A stretch of DNA of 64,000 bases from Syntrophales bacterium. GTDB lineage: Bacteria > Desulfobacterota > Syntrophia > Syntrophales > UBA4778. The DNA lies in assembly GCA_963665615.2 (NCBI GenBank), contig CAXXQE010000008.1:186001-250000 (forward strand). Direction: 5' to 3'. The position numbers and the translations under genes were made by a program. Shown here in pieces: positions 38,075 through 48,377 of this stretch (position 1 is its first letter; each line of letters opens with the position of its first letter). The notes below the pieces were generated by a model that worked only from the letters and a program-made list of their open reading frames with translations, did no database searches and was not told the DNA's origin.

Positions 38075-38797
38075 TTAGAAGGACGCCATAAGCCCCGCGA
38101 GGCGCTCAACCTCCAGGCTCTGTTCAAAGACCGTCCGCAGCTCGCCTGCCTTGAAGTTATCGACATCCACGCCGCGGGCCTGCGGGATGGTGAAAATAGC
38201 GGGGTGCCCGGTCAGCCGCTTCAGCGTCTCGATGTTGTCCCGCTCCATCGCCGATCCCGTGTATCCGTTCATGAAAACGCCGGCAACAGCGATGCCGAAA
38301 TCATCTGCCACGCGAAGCGTCAGGAGCGTGTGGTTGATCGTTCCCAGACCCGTTCGGGCGACCAGAAAGCAGCCGAGCCCCGTCTGTCGGATGAGATCGT
38401 AGAGCATCGTTCCGCGGGCATCGAGAGGAACGGCCAAGCCGCCGCAGCCTTCAACGACAACGAGGTCGGCCGTCTTTTTGAGGTCGTTCAGACGCTCCCG
38501 AATCACGCCGAAGTCGATCTCGCGCCCCTCCAAACGGGCAGCCAGGTGCGGTGAGACGGGCGTGCGAAAGCTATACGGGGTAATCCGTTCGTCCTCTTCA
38601 GAATAGCCGGAAACGACCTTGACGAACGTCGCATCGATCGGCACCGACCCACCCCCCATGTCGATCTCGCCGCTGGCGATCGGCTTGAAATAGCCCGCAT
38701 TGTAACGATGCTTGAGCAACAGGTGCATCAACCCCGCCGAGAAGACGGTCTTCCCGACGCCTGTGTCTGTTCCGATGATGAAGATGCCCCGGCTCAT
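38075..38797 (-). CDS. bioD: Dethiobiotin synthase
   Basis: GTDTGVGKT, FKPIASG, SPHLAA, VEGCGGL, LGTINHT. Confidence 0.96.
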   Translation of the reverse strand: MSRGIFIIGTDTGVGKTVFSAGLMHLLLKHRYNAGYFKPIASGEIDMGGGSVPIDATFVKVVSGYSEEDERITPYSFRTPVSPHLAARLEGREIDFGVIRERLNDLKKTADLVVVEGCGGLAVPLDARGTMLYDLIRQTGLGCFLVARTGLGTINHTLLTLRVADDFGIAVAGVFMNGYTGSAMERDNIETLKRLTGHPAIFTIPQARGVDVDNFKAGELRTVFEQSLEVERLAGLMASF

Positions 38798-39032
38798 GTC
38801 TTGCCCCTTCCAGCGTTAAGTGAAGCAGACTCTATCGATTTTCCCGCGGGCTGTCAATGATCCCGCGATGCGGGGAGTTCACTGTTCAGGGTCCAGGGTT
38901 CAGAGTTGCCAGGAAGATGTTTGCTATGGTTTCGGCCTTCTGAGGCTGAAACCTGCTGATTATCGTTGTCCTTACGGTTGTAAATTGGAGAAAAATAAGG
39001 GAGAATGCGCGCGAACGCTTAAAGGTAAGGAC

Positions 39033-40784
39033 ATGAACGGCTGGTGCGGAAAAATAGCGCGGATTGATCTTGAACGCAAAACGGTGCAGGAGGAGAAACC
39101 CGAGTCCGTTCTTTACCGCAATTTTATCGGCGGCCGGGGGTTGGCGGGTCACTATATGGCCAAGGAGATCACCCGTGCCTGGGACGATCCGCAGATGCCC
39201 CTGCTGTTCTTTACTGGACCCTTGGGCGGCACCGACGTTCCCTCCTCCGGCCACATGACGATCATGTCCCGCTCCCCCCTCACGGGCACCGTCGGAGATG
39301 CCGACGCTGGGGGCGGACTGGCAACCGCCCTTAAGCAGGCGGGCTGGGACGGACTCATCATCACCGGCAAGCATGCAAAACTCTGCGGGATCGAGATCGT
39401 TGACGACCGCGTCACCTTGACCAACGCCGAACCCTTTCGGGGCTGGTCAACCGATTGCCTCGATGAGGTCCTGCAGGGAAAGGGCAGTCGTGCCATCATC
39501 GGGCCGGCGGCCGAGCATGGCGTGCGTTTCGCCAATATCGTCATCGACCGGCATTTCGCCGCAGGTCGAAACGGGATCGGCCTGTCTTTCGCCGCCAAGA
39601 ACATCAAATACCTGACCGCCCGTGGAACCGGCAAGATAGCCGTGAACAATCGGACGGCGCTCGACGAGGCGCGCGAGGATATCTGCCGGCTGATTGCCGC
39701 CTCGCCGGCCCTGTCCGGAGAATGCGGTATCGCCGCCTTCGGAACAGCCGCCCTCTACGACGTGATTGCCGCTCGGCGGATGATGCCGACCCGCAACTTC
39801 CGGGAAACGTATTTCGAAGATTTCGCGCGGACAAATGCGTCCGCCTTCGGGCAGGCATTGTCGCCCAGACAGACAGGATGCCACGGCTGCCCCATCCGGT
39901 GCAGGCGCATCGGGTTCTATGGCCGGGCGATCCCGGAGTTTGAGGCGATGTCGCACTTCAGCGCCCTGCTGGGCAACCGGACGCTCGATACGGTCGTAGC
40001 CGCCAACGCCCTGTGCAACGCGCTCGGAATGGATGCGGTCTCCGCCGCGGCGACCCTGGCAACGTTCTGCGAAATTGACGACCGGACCCTTGCTCCCGGA
40101 CAGATCCTGACCATGCTCGAGTACATCGGCCAGGGACAGCTGAGCGGCGTCGCCCTTGGCCAGGGAGCGGCGCGCTATGCTGCGGAGCGGGGAAGGCCCG
40201 AAGCGGCCATGACGGTCAAGGGACAGGAGCTCTCTGCCTACGATCCGCGGGGCGCCTACGGGCTTGCGCTCAGCTGTGCCGTCTCGACGCGGGGCGGATG
40301 CCCCCGCCAGGCATTTGCGGTCGGCCATGAGATTCTGAGGAAACCCGTGGCGACCGACCGCTTCACCTTCAGCGGCAAGGCGCGCATCGTCAAGGCGGGC
40401 GAGGACCGCCAGGCCGTGGTCGATTCGCTGCCTGCCTGCCCCTTCGTCTTCCTCGCCGCCACGCTGGAGGAGTATGCCCGAGCGCTAACTGCCGTAACCG
40501 GTATCGACATGGACGTCCAACACCTCCTCACCGTCGGAGAACGGATCTGCTATCAGGAGCGCATCATGAACGCCATGAACGGCTTCACAGCCGCCGATGA
40601 CGACCTGCCCGCGCGCTTCTTCACCGAGGCCGGGTCGAGCGGCAGTCACATCGATGTCCCCTCCATCGACCGGGAGGCCTTTCTGAGAGCGCGAGCGGCC
40701 TACTATGAGATACGGGGGCTGGATGAGACGGGGCGGCCTCGAGCCGCCAAGGCCACCGAATTGGGGCTTGCATGGACCGACTGA
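39033..40784 (+). CDS. Aldehyde:ferredoxin oxidoreductase family (tungsten-type AOR)
   Basis: FIGGRGL, SPLTG, IGPAAE, AGRNGIG, CHGCPIRC, YDPRG, DDLPARF. Confidence 0.9.
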   Translation: MNGWCGKIARIDLERKTVQEEKPESVLYRNFIGGRGLAGHYMAKEITRAWDDPQMPLLFFTGPLGGTDVPSSGHMTIMSRSPLTGTVGDADAGGGLATALKQAGWDGLIITGKHAKLCGIEIVDDRVTLTNAEPFRGWSTDCLDEVLQGKGSRAIIGPAAEHGVRFANIVIDRHFAAGRNGIGLSFAAKNIKYLTARGTGKIAVNNRTALDEAREDICRLIAASPALSGECGIAAFGTAALYDVIAARRMMPTRNFRETYFEDFARTNASAFGQALSPRQTGCHGCPIRCRRIGFYGRAIPEFEAMSHFSALLGNRTLDTVVAANALCNALGMDAVSAAATLATFCEIDDRTLAPGQILTMLEYIGQGQLSGVALGQGAARYAAERGRPEAAMTVKGQELSAYDPRGAYGLALSCAVSTRGGCPRQAFAVGHEILRKPVATDRFTFSGKARIVKAGEDRQAVVDSLPACPFVFLAATLEEYARALTAVTGIDMDVQHLLTVGERICYQERIMNAMNGFTAADDDLPARFFTEAGSSGSHIDVPSIDREAFLRARAAYYEIRGLDETGRPRAAKATELGLAWTD

Positions 40785-41932
40785 TCCGAAAATACGTGGG
40801 CAAACTCGAGGCGGGCGGCCTCGTAGAGAAGGATACCGCTCTCATGGGGGCGGTCGACGCCGAACAGGTCTGGAATCGGGAGCCCCCCCATCGTCCTGTT
40901 CTGGAAGAGATCCTGACCGGTCTGGGCTGTAGCGCGATTCTCTTCGCCCGCCCGGCCGAGCCCTACGGGAGCATCATCGACTATCTGGCGAACCGCACGA
41001 CGGACGAGATCCGTCCGCGGGATACCGAAACGCGGACGTTCCTTCACGCGCTTCCGGTCGTGGCGGCCTTGACAGCGGAGAACGCGATCAATACCCTGAG
41101 CCGGCGAAAATGTGCTATTATCCCAGGCGACGGTATTGTAACCTTCGGAACGGTGAGCCCGGAGCAGGCCTATATCACCTTCAGTTCCGTGTGCTTTTCC
41201 TGCTATGTCAAGTTTTTTGCGGATTACCTGGCGGAACAGCGAAACGGCGGCGTTACGAAGGCGCAGCAGGCTGTCTTCGAGAAGGCCGCTGCCATGGCAG
41301 GGATCGAAGAAAAAACAGCAACGGCGGATCTGGCCGCCGGGCCCTTCGCATCGGAAGACGAGGTCCTGAGCGCCATGGAGGACTGCGGGCGTCGGACGGT
41401 CGAATGCGGGCTGGTCGATTCGTATTTCGGCAACATCTCATATTGCTTCGACGGGACGCTTTACATCAGCCAGACGGGCAGCTCCCTCGACGAACTGCGC
41501 GGGGTCATCGACGCCTGCCCCCTGGATGGCTCGTCCTGTGCGGGCATGACGGCCTCGAGCGAACTGACCGCTCACCGGCAGATCATTGAGACGACGGGCA
41601 AGCGGGCCGTCCTCCACGGCCACCCGAAATTTCCGGTCATTCTGTCCCTCGACTGTGACCGGACGGACTGCACTGATGCGGCGACCTGTCACCGGCACTG
41701 TCCGCGCGAGCGCTTCGTCGGGGATATTCCCATCGTCTCGGGCGAGGTCGGCACGGGCCCCTTCGGCCTCTGCCACACGGTCCCGCCGGCGATGCAGGGA
41801 CGGCGGGGTGTGATCGTTTACGGCCACGGCGTCTTTGCGGCTGGCACGGACGATTTTCGGGAGGCGTTCGGGAACCTGATGGACATCGAGGCCCTGTGCA
41901 GAAAAACGTATTTTGAGAAAGTGAACAGATAA
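40772..41932 (+). CDS. Class II aldolase/adducin family protein, tandem-domain
   Basis: GLVDSYFGNIS, SSELTAH, LHGHP, VYGHGVF in the C-terminal half. Confidence 0.8.
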   Translation: MDRLIRKYVGKLEAGGLVEKDTALMGAVDAEQVWNREPPHRPVLEEILTGLGCSAILFARPAEPYGSIIDYLANRTTDEIRPRDTETRTFLHALPVVAALTAENAINTLSRRKCAIIPGDGIVTFGTVSPEQAYITFSSVCFSCYVKFFADYLAEQRNGGVTKAQQAVFEKAAAMAGIEEKTATADLAAGPFASEDEVLSAMEDCGRRTVECGLVDSYFGNISYCFDGTLYISQTGSSLDELRGVIDACPLDGSSCAGMTASSELTAHRQIIETTGKRAVLHGHPKFPVILSLDCDRTDCTDAATCHRHCPRERFVGDIPIVSGEVGTGPFGLCHTVPPAMQGRRGVIVYGHGVFAAGTDDFREAFGNLMDIEALCRKTYFEKVNR

Positions 41933-41938
41933 CGGTTT

Positions 41939-42958
41939 ATGAAATTCATTGATGAAGCGAAAATCTACGTGAAGGGCGGCGACGGCGGGCGAGGCTGCGT
42001 CAGTTTCCGGCGCGAGAAGTATGTCCCCATGGGCGGCCCCAACGGCGGCAACGGCGGCAACGGCGGCGATGTCATCGTGCGCGCCTCGCACACCCATCAT
42101 ACGCTGCTGGACCTCAAGTACAACCAGCATCACGTCGCCAAGCGCGGCGGCCACGGCAGCGGCAACAATCGCACCGGGCGGGATTCCGAAGACATCGAGA
42201 TTGTCGTACCGGTGGGGACGATACTGTCGAATGCGGAAACAGGCGAAGTGCTCTGCGACCTGATCGATGACGGCCAGAGCGTTGTCATCGCGCGCGGCGG
42301 TATCGGCGGTCGGGGCAATGCGAGTTTCGCTACGTCCACGAACCGCGCACCGAAGATGGCGCAGGAGGGCATGCCCGGCGACGAACTCTGGGTGCAGCTC
42401 GAGCTGAAGGTCCTGGCAGACGTGGGCATTGTGGGCTTCCCCAACGCGGGGAAATCGACCTTCATCGCCAAGGTCTCTGCGGCGCGCCCGAAGATCGCCG
42501 ATTATCCTTTCACCACGCTGACCCCGAACCTCGGCGTCGTGCGTCACGGAGATCACAGTTTCGTGGTCGCCGACATCCCGGGACTGATCGAGGGGGCGCA
42601 TCTGGGCGCCGGCCTGGGAGTCAGGTTCCTGCGCCACATTGAACGGACCTCCGTCCTGCTGCACCTGATCGACATCTCCGATCCGGAACGCAAACCCTGG
42701 ACGGACTTCGAAACGATCAACCGCGAACTGGCCTCCTTCGGAACCCTCCTGGCAGAGAAAAAGCAGATCGTCGCCGTCAACAAGATCGACCTGATCGACG
42801 ATCGCAAACGGGTCAAAAAAGTGGTTGACACCTTCAAAAAAAAGGGCATAGAAGTCTTCACGATTTCAGCGGCCACGGGGGAAGGCGTCGAGCCCCTGCT
42901 GGACGAGATCACCAAGACGGTTATCGAGCGAAAGGCAGCAATCCTCCATGGACAATGA
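41939..42958 (+). CDS. obgE: GTPase ObgE/CgtA
   Basis: FRREKYVPMGGPNGG, GFPNAGKST, YPFTT, DIPGLI, NKID. Confidence 0.98.
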   Translation: MKFIDEAKIYVKGGDGGRGCVSFRREKYVPMGGPNGGNGGNGGDVIVRASHTHHTLLDLKYNQHHVAKRGGHGSGNNRTGRDSEDIEIVVPVGTILSNAETGEVLCDLIDDGQSVVIARGGIGGRGNASFATSTNRAPKMAQEGMPGDELWVQLELKVLADVGIVGFPNAGKSTFIAKVSAARPKIADYPFTTLTPNLGVVRHGDHSFVVADIPGLIEGAHLGAGLGVRFLRHIERTSVLLHLIDISDPERKPWTDFETINRELASFGTLLAEKKQIVAVNKIDLIDDRKRVKKVVDTFKKKGIEVFTISAATGEGVEPLLDEITKTVIERKAAILHGQ

Positions 42959-44078
42959 GAGACTAGCGGTTGTCGCGCATGCAAAGAAGGTGCTGATCAA
43001 GATCGGCTCCGGCGTCCTGACCGGCAAGGAAGGGCTCGACGTCGATATCATCCATCAACTCGTCGATCAGATCGCAGTATTGAAAAAAGAGGGACGGCAC
43101 ATCGTCATGGTCTCCTCCGGCGCAGTGGCGTCGGGACGGCACCGGATGGGGATTACCCGCAAGCTCAAGAACATGCCGGAGAAACAGGCCGCGGCGGCGG
43201 TCGGTCAGGGCCGCCTCATGCGGGTCTATTCGACGGCCTTCGGCGCCCACGACATCAACGTCGCCCAGATCCTCCTAACCATGAGCGATCTGACCGATCG
43301 GCAGCGCTTCATCAACGTGCGCAACACCCTCTCGCAGCTTCTGGAGTGGGGCGTGGTGCCCATCATCAACGAGAACGACACCGTTTCCGTCGAAGAGATC
43401 AAGTTCGGCGACAACGACAACCTGGCCGCCATGATGGCCAACATCATCGGCGCGGATCTCCTCATCAACCTGACCAATACCGACGGGCTCTACGACCGCA
43501 ATCCCAAGACCAGCAAGAAGGCCAAGGCGATCCGGCTCGTCCGGGAAATCACCCCGGAGATCGAAGCGGCGGCAACGGCGGAGTCCGATCCCGTCGGTAC
43601 CGGCGGCATGAAGAGCAAGATCATGGCCGCGCAGAAGGTCACTGTCTGCGGGATTCCTTACATCATCGCCCCCGGCAAGAAGCAGGGCGTCTTCGCCGAG
43701 ATCTTTTCCGGCAAGGAAACGGGCACGCTCTTCCTGCCCCAGCAAGAATGCCTCTCCAGCAAGGAGCACTGGATCGCCTTCACCCTGCGGGCCCGCGGCA
43801 AGCTCATCCTCGACGAGGGCGCTAAAAACGCCATTCTCAAGCAGGGCAAGAGCCTGCTGCCTTCCGGCATTGTTGCCGTGGAGGGGGATTTCATCGCCGG
43901 CGATCCCGTCGCCTGCCTCGACGCCGACGGCAACCAGATCGCCAAAGGCCTGGTCAATTACAGCGCCGATGAGATCCGCAAGATCCACGGACTCAAGACC
44001 GCCCAGATCGAGCAGGTGCTCGGCTACAAGCACTATGACGAGGTCATTCATCGGGATAATATGGCGGTGTTGAAGTGA
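42948..44078 (+). CDS. proB: Glutamate 5-kinase
   Basis: KIGSGVL, INENDTV, FGDNDNLAA, GTGGMKSK; PUA domain. Confidence 0.98.
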   Translation: MDNERLAVVAHAKKVLIKIGSGVLTGKEGLDVDIIHQLVDQIAVLKKEGRHIVMVSSGAVASGRHRMGITRKLKNMPEKQAAAAVGQGRLMRVYSTAFGAHDINVAQILLTMSDLTDRQRFINVRNTLSQLLEWGVVPIINENDTVSVEEIKFGDNDNLAAMMANIIGADLLINLTNTDGLYDRNPKTSKKAKAIRLVREITPEIEAAATAESDPVGTGGMKSKIMAAQKVTVCGIPYIIAPGKKQGVFAEIFSGKETGTLFLPQQECLSSKEHWIAFTLRARGKLILDEGAKNAILKQGKSLLPSGIVAVEGDFIAGDPVACLDADGNQIAKGLVNYSADEIRKIHGLKTAQIEQVLGYKHYDEVIHRDNMAVLK

Positions 44079-44437
44079 GGCGTTGACGGGGTTCCCGCCG
44101 ATGATGGATTTCCCCGGGGGAGCGCTACAGCTGGAAATACGCACCGAACACGCGCGAAGCCTTGCGTCTTCAGAGAGTTTACCAGTTTTGACAGGCCGAT
44201 CTTCTTGCTGGCAATCCGGGCAAACCAGCCCGGCCGACGATGGGCACCCTATTCGCTCTGCCCTGACTTACTCCCACCTGCTTTACAATTATCAACAAAA
44301 TTCCAAATCACGTTGACACGGCCTCCTGAGCCGGACAAACCGAATCATTCAGAAATACTTTACATTGATGCGATATCGGATAAGCATCCAGAAATAATTC
44401 ATAATTGATAGATGCTCCCGTTTTGGCACAACGAGTC

Positions 44438-44536
44438 TGTCGATAATGTTTACAATGACAACGGGGGTGACTGAATCGAAAGTTGAGCAATAAGTATGAA
44501 AGAACAGCCTGTTACTTGAATGGCATGTCGATTGCA
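44438..44536 (+). promoter_or_regulatory. Sigma54 promoter with upstream enhancer-like site
   Basis: TGGCATGTCGATTGCA (44521-44536) fits -24/-12; TGT-N11-ACA ending in TTTACA at 44438-44454. Confidence 0.75.
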
Positions 44537-44593
44537 AAAGCCAGGGGAACCAATTGGGGGAAAAGATCCCAAGAAAATCAGAGAGGAGCGGTT

Positions 44594-45178
44594 ATGAAAA
44601 AAGGTTTTTTGCTATGTTCGATCATTTTGGGATTGCTTATGATGCACGCTGCGGCTATGGCAGCTCCTTATACTGTCAATGAGTCGATAACGCAGCTTGA
44701 CGGCGATTCCTATATTTTCACATTCAATGTCACGAATAACTCTGAAACAGTCGGCCTGGATGGCTTCTTGATTCTGGTCCCTGAGACGGCTGTCATATCG
44801 GTACTGCAAACGCCGGCCCCATATTATGGATGTCCGGGTTATTGGACCGACGCACGGTATGCCACGGGGGCAGATACTGGCTACTTTAATGCAACCATAC
44901 CGAACGGATACATCGGCTTATACTGGTGGGGGATCGACCCAGCCTCTGTCTATCCTCCAGGATCGACCGCCATCTTCAGTTTCCAGGTGGACGGTGTTTC
45001 TTTAGGGGAAAGTGCAGTAACGGCAGTAACCTATATCAGCGGCGGTACGTATGCGTCTTACGCATATGCCATGACCGGCCCGGTTGCCGTCTCCGACGCC
45101 GTACCTGAACCGACAACCATGTTCCTTCTTGGCAGCGGGCTGATCGGAATTGCTGTGCTCAGGCGAAGGATTCAGTAA
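44594..45178 (+). CDS. PEP-CTERM sorting domain protein
   Basis: Signal peptide MKKGFLL...AMA; C-term VPEPTTMFLLGSGLIGIAVLRRR. Confidence 0.93.
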   Translation: MKKGFLLCSIILGLLMMHAAAMAAPYTVNESITQLDGDSYIFTFNVTNNSETVGLDGFLILVPETAVISVLQTPAPYYGCPGYWTDARYATGADTGYFNATIPNGYIGLYWWGIDPASVYPPGSTAIFSFQVDGVSLGESAVTAVTYISGGTYASYAYAMTGPVAVSDAVPEPTTMFLLGSGLIGIAVLRRRIQ

Positions 45179-45209
45179 AACAAGCATATCAGTTGGCACG
45201 AACTGATCG

Positions 45210-45243
45210 AAGGCGGGATCCGTTGCAGGGTCCCGCCTTTTTT
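45210..45243 (+). terminator. Intrinsic terminator
   Basis: AAGGCGGGATCC-loop-GGGTCCCGCCTT followed by T tract. Confidence 0.85.
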
Positions 45244-45278
45244 GTTGCCCTCCGCCAATTCCTCGCAATCCCCTCCCC

Positions 45279-46331
45279 CTACATGATCTGCCTAAACGAC
45301 GAAGCCTTGATGGCAGCGTAGACTTCAGCGCCCTTTTCGATGCCCAGGTCCCTGGCGGCAGGCAACGTCACTTCGGCCACCAGCAGCTCGCCGTGACAAT
45401 CCAGCTTGACCCCGAGCCGGCGCCCGGACCAGAAGGTATCCGCCACCGTGCACTTGAGCAGGTTTCTGGCACTGATGGCTTCCGGAAAACCGCGCAGAAG
45501 GATGATGTCGCGCGCCGGAAGCTCGAAGAGGATGCCCTGCCCCTCGCCGACTGAGAGCAACATTTCCCCCGCGCCCCACCGATAGGCATACAGGTCATTG
45601 CGCAACTGCGGATCCGCGAGCTTCACGATGTTGACGTAACCGGATCGGCCTTCCCCCATCCTTGACAGGGCGAGTTGTTCGGCCGACATCTGCCCGGTGA
45701 TTCCCCCGTTTTCCATGACCAGCACCTGATCGGCCATGAGCCGCATTTCCATGAGGGAATGCGAAATGAACAGGTATGGAATCTCGAAGCGACTGCTGAC
45801 ATTCTTCAGATAGGCGATGATCTGGTATTTCAGGGCGTCGTCCAGGGCCGCAAGCGGCTCGTCCAAGAGCAACAGGCGCGGATGCGACAGGACAGCGCGG
45901 CCGATGGAGACCCGCTGCTTCTCGCCGCCGGAGAGATGCGCGACGCCTCGATCCAGCAAGTGTCCGATTTCCAGGATATCCACCAGATCCCGCAGGGCGA
46001 CGCGGCGGCCGTTATGCTTGCACCGGCGGTATCCATACAGGAGGTTGCGCTTCACGCTCAGATGGGGGAAGAGATATGCCTGCTGAAAGACCATGCCGAC
46101 GCGCCGGTCTTCGACAGGCACGTTGATCCCGCGGGCGCTGTCGAAAAGCGCCTCGCCGTTGATCGAGATATGGCCGGCATCCGGCCGATGCAAACCGGCA
46201 ATGAGTTTGACGAGCGTCGATTTGCCGCTGCCGGAGGGACCGAACACGCCCGTGGCCTCGCCGCCGATCGTCAGGCCCGCGGAAAGGGAAAAGGCGGCAA
46301 AGGCTTTCTGAACATGGACGCGCAATTCCAT
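45279..46331 (-). CDS. modC: Molybdate ABC transporter ATPase
   Basis: [19 protein letters not shown]-term TOBE (SARNLL). Confidence 0.93.
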   Translation of the reverse strand: MELRVHVQKAFAAFSLSAGLTIGGEATGVFGPSGSGKSTLVKLIAGLHRPDAGHISINGEALFDSARGINVPVEDRRVGMVFQQAYLFPHLSVKRNLLYGYRRCKHNGRRVALRDLVDILEIGHLLDRGVAHLSGGEKQRVSIGRAVLSHPRLLLLDEPLAALDDALKYQIIAYLKNVSSRFEIPYLFISHSLMEMRLMADQVLVMENGGITGQMSAEQLALSRMGEGRSGYVNIVKLADPQLRNDLYAYRWGAGEMLLSVGEGQGILFELPARDIILLRGFPEAISARNLLKCTVADTFWSGRRLGVKLDCHGELLVAEVTLPAARDLGIEKGAEVYAAIKASSFRQIM

Positions 46332-46332
46332 A

Positions 46333-47019
46333 TCAGCCCCCCCTGTTCAGACGCCGGTAGAAAAGCTCGTGCAAGAGCAGAACGAGCACCGACAGCGTGA
46401 TGGACACCCCACAGAGCGCCAGCGCCATCACGTCTCCCTGAGGAGAACTCGTATACTCGTAAATGGCCAGCGGGATCGTCTGGGTCACACCGGGGATGTT
46501 GCCGGCTACGATGATCGTGGCGCCGAACTCCCCGAGTCCCCGGGCGAACATCAGGGTGGAACCGGCCAGAATCCCCCGGACCGACAGGGGGAGAATGACC
46601 GTGATGATCGTATCGAGGGTTCCCGCGCCAAGGGTGCGCGCCGCCTGAAGCAGCTCTGCATTGATGCCCTCCATGCCGATGCGGATAGCGCGGACCATGA
46701 GGGGAAAGCCGACGACCGCCGTGGCGATGACGGCCGCCTTCCACGTGAAGATCAGCTGGATGCCGAGCGGTTCCAGCAGATGCCGCCCGATCCACCCGTT
46801 TTTCCCGAGCAGGAGAAGCAGCAGATAACCGACCACGACCGGCGGCAGCGTGAGGGGGAGATTGATCAGGACATCCACAACGATCTTACCTCTGAACTGC
46901 CTGAAGGTCATGAGCCAGGCCAGGGCGAACCCGACCGGCAACGACAGCAAGGTGGCGACCGACGCCACCTTCATCGACAGGTAAATCGCGGAATAATCTG
47001 CGGGGGTAAAAGAGGGCAT
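46333..47019 (-). CDS. modB: Molybdate ABC transporter permease
   Basis: LPLTLPPVVVGY, AARTLGA, FARGLGEFGAT. Confidence 0.95.
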   Translation of the reverse strand: MPSFTPADYSAIYLSMKVASVATLLSLPVGFALAWLMTFRQFRGKIVVDVLINLPLTLPPVVVGYLLLLLLGKNGWIGRHLLEPLGIQLIFTWKAAVIATAVVGFPLMVRAIRIGMEGINAELLQAARTLGAGTLDTIITVILPLSVRGILAGSTLMFARGLGEFGATIIVAGNIPGVTQTIPLAIYEYTSSPQGDVMALALCGVSITLSVLVLLLHELFYRRLNRGG

Positions 47020-47029
47020 GATTCGGACG

Positions 47030-47779
47030 TTACCTTACCAGAAACCCTTTCTCCTCGAGAACCTTTTTACCCTCATCAGAGATCAAAAAGCGGAAGAAGG
47101 CAACGGCATCCTTATTTTTAGCGCCGGCAGCCATTAACCCGATGGGATAGGTCACGCGCGAATACAGGGTCTGGGGAACCGTGAAGAGAACAACGACATT
47201 CTTGCCTGCCAGCAAGGCATCTGTTTTATAAACAAAGGCGCCGTCCACTTCGCCCTGCTCGGCATACATCAGACAGGCCCGGACATCCTTGGCCATGACC
47301 AGCTTGTTCTCGAGCGCCTTGTCCATCCCCGCCTTTTGCAGCGCCTCCGTAGTGTATTCTCCTGCAGGAACACTCTGGGGGCTCCCGATTGCGATTTTTC
47401 CCAGCCTGGACAGATCCTGCATGCCTCTCGCTGCGTTTGGTTTACCCACAAAGACCAGCTCGTTATAGGCGAACATGGTGATGTTCTGATTGTCCATCAG
47501 CTTTTTGTCCTTGAGATAATCCACCCATTTCAGATTGGCGGAGATAAAGATATCGGCCGGCGCGCCGTTTTCAATCTGCTTGGCCAGGGCGCCGGATGCG
47601 CCGTAATTCTTGACGAACTTCACCGACGGATTTTTCTGGGCGAACTGATCTGACAGGAAATTGACGACTTCCTTCATACTCGCCGCGACCGACAGATTGA
47701 CGTCCGTGGCAGCTGCCACGGACGTCAGCATAAACACGCACAGAACGACGCCGATCGACACACGCTTCAATAATTTCAT
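47030..47779 (-). CDS. modA: Molybdate ABC transporter substrate-binding protein
   Basis: VAASM, GASGALAKQIENGAPADIFISAN, VPAGEY. Confidence 0.95.
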   Translation of the reverse strand: MKLLKRVSIGVVLCVFMLTSVAAATDVNLSVAASMKEVVNFLSDQFAQKNPSVKFVKNYGASGALAKQIENGAPADIFISANLKWVDYLKDKKLMDNQNITMFAYNELVFVGKPNAARGMQDLSRLGKIAIGSPQSVPAGEYTTEALQKAGMDKALENKLVMAKDVRACLMYAEQGEVDGAFVYKTDALLAGKNVVVLFTVPQTLYSRVTYPIGLMAAGAKNKDAVAFFRFLISDEGKKVLEEKGFLVR

Positions 47780-47800
47780 CGCGACAACTCCTTTTATTAT

Positions 47801-48226
47801 TTATTCAACCCCGATGATGACGCTGCTGGCCTTGATTAAGGCAAAGGCACTGCTGCCAGCCTTGAGCCCCAGTGTTTTCGCGCTTTCATCCGTAATAACC
47901 GCAACGACGATGTTGCCTCCCCCGATATCCAGATCCACCTCGGCGCTGACGGGGCCTTCGACCACCTTCGCCACCTTGCCATGCCAGATGTTGCGGGCGC
48001 TAACCTTGGCCGTCGCCAGATCCGTACCGACGAGGATGCTGCTGGCCTTGACGATCGCTACGGCCGGCGCGCCCTCTTTCAGGCCGAGATACTCGACGCT
48101 CGCATTGGTAATCACCGAGACAATCGACAAGCCTCCCTGAAGCGAGAGAACGACCTCGGTATTGACCGCGCCTTTTTTAATGCTGGCGACCGTTCCTTTT
48201 AAGAGATTCCGTGCACTGAGTTTCAT
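47801..48226 (-). CDS. Molbindin, di-TOBE (Mop/ModG-like)
   Basis: Two SARN...KASS repeats. Confidence 0.92.
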   Translation of the reverse strand: MKLSARNLLKGTVASIKKGAVNTEVVLSLQGGLSIVSVITNASVEYLGLKEGAPAVAIVKASSILVGTDLATAKVSARNIWHGKVAKVVEGPVSAEVDLDIGGGNIVVAVITDESAKTLGLKAGSSAFALIKASSVIIGVE

Positions 48227-48377
48227 GATCCCCTTTCTCCTTTCTTTTTTATGGAAGCGTGGGCGATAATTATAAATATAAGAGAAAAGGCCTCAGATAG
48301 CCAATCTTTGTTATCGGCGCCCGGAGCTCATGAACAGCATGGCACCCGACCGTCACCATGCTATTTTCATAGATGAT

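Noticed and set aside
38800..39030. BirA operator upstream of bioD
   Set aside because: No TGTAAACC-N-GGTTTACA palindrome found.
42031..42070. GGCGGCAAC tandem repeats
   Set aside because: They encode the conserved Gly-rich Obg domain.
41438..44144. Long - strand ORFs (408 and 289 aa)
   Set aside because: Antisense to obgE and proB; typical high-GC shadow frames.
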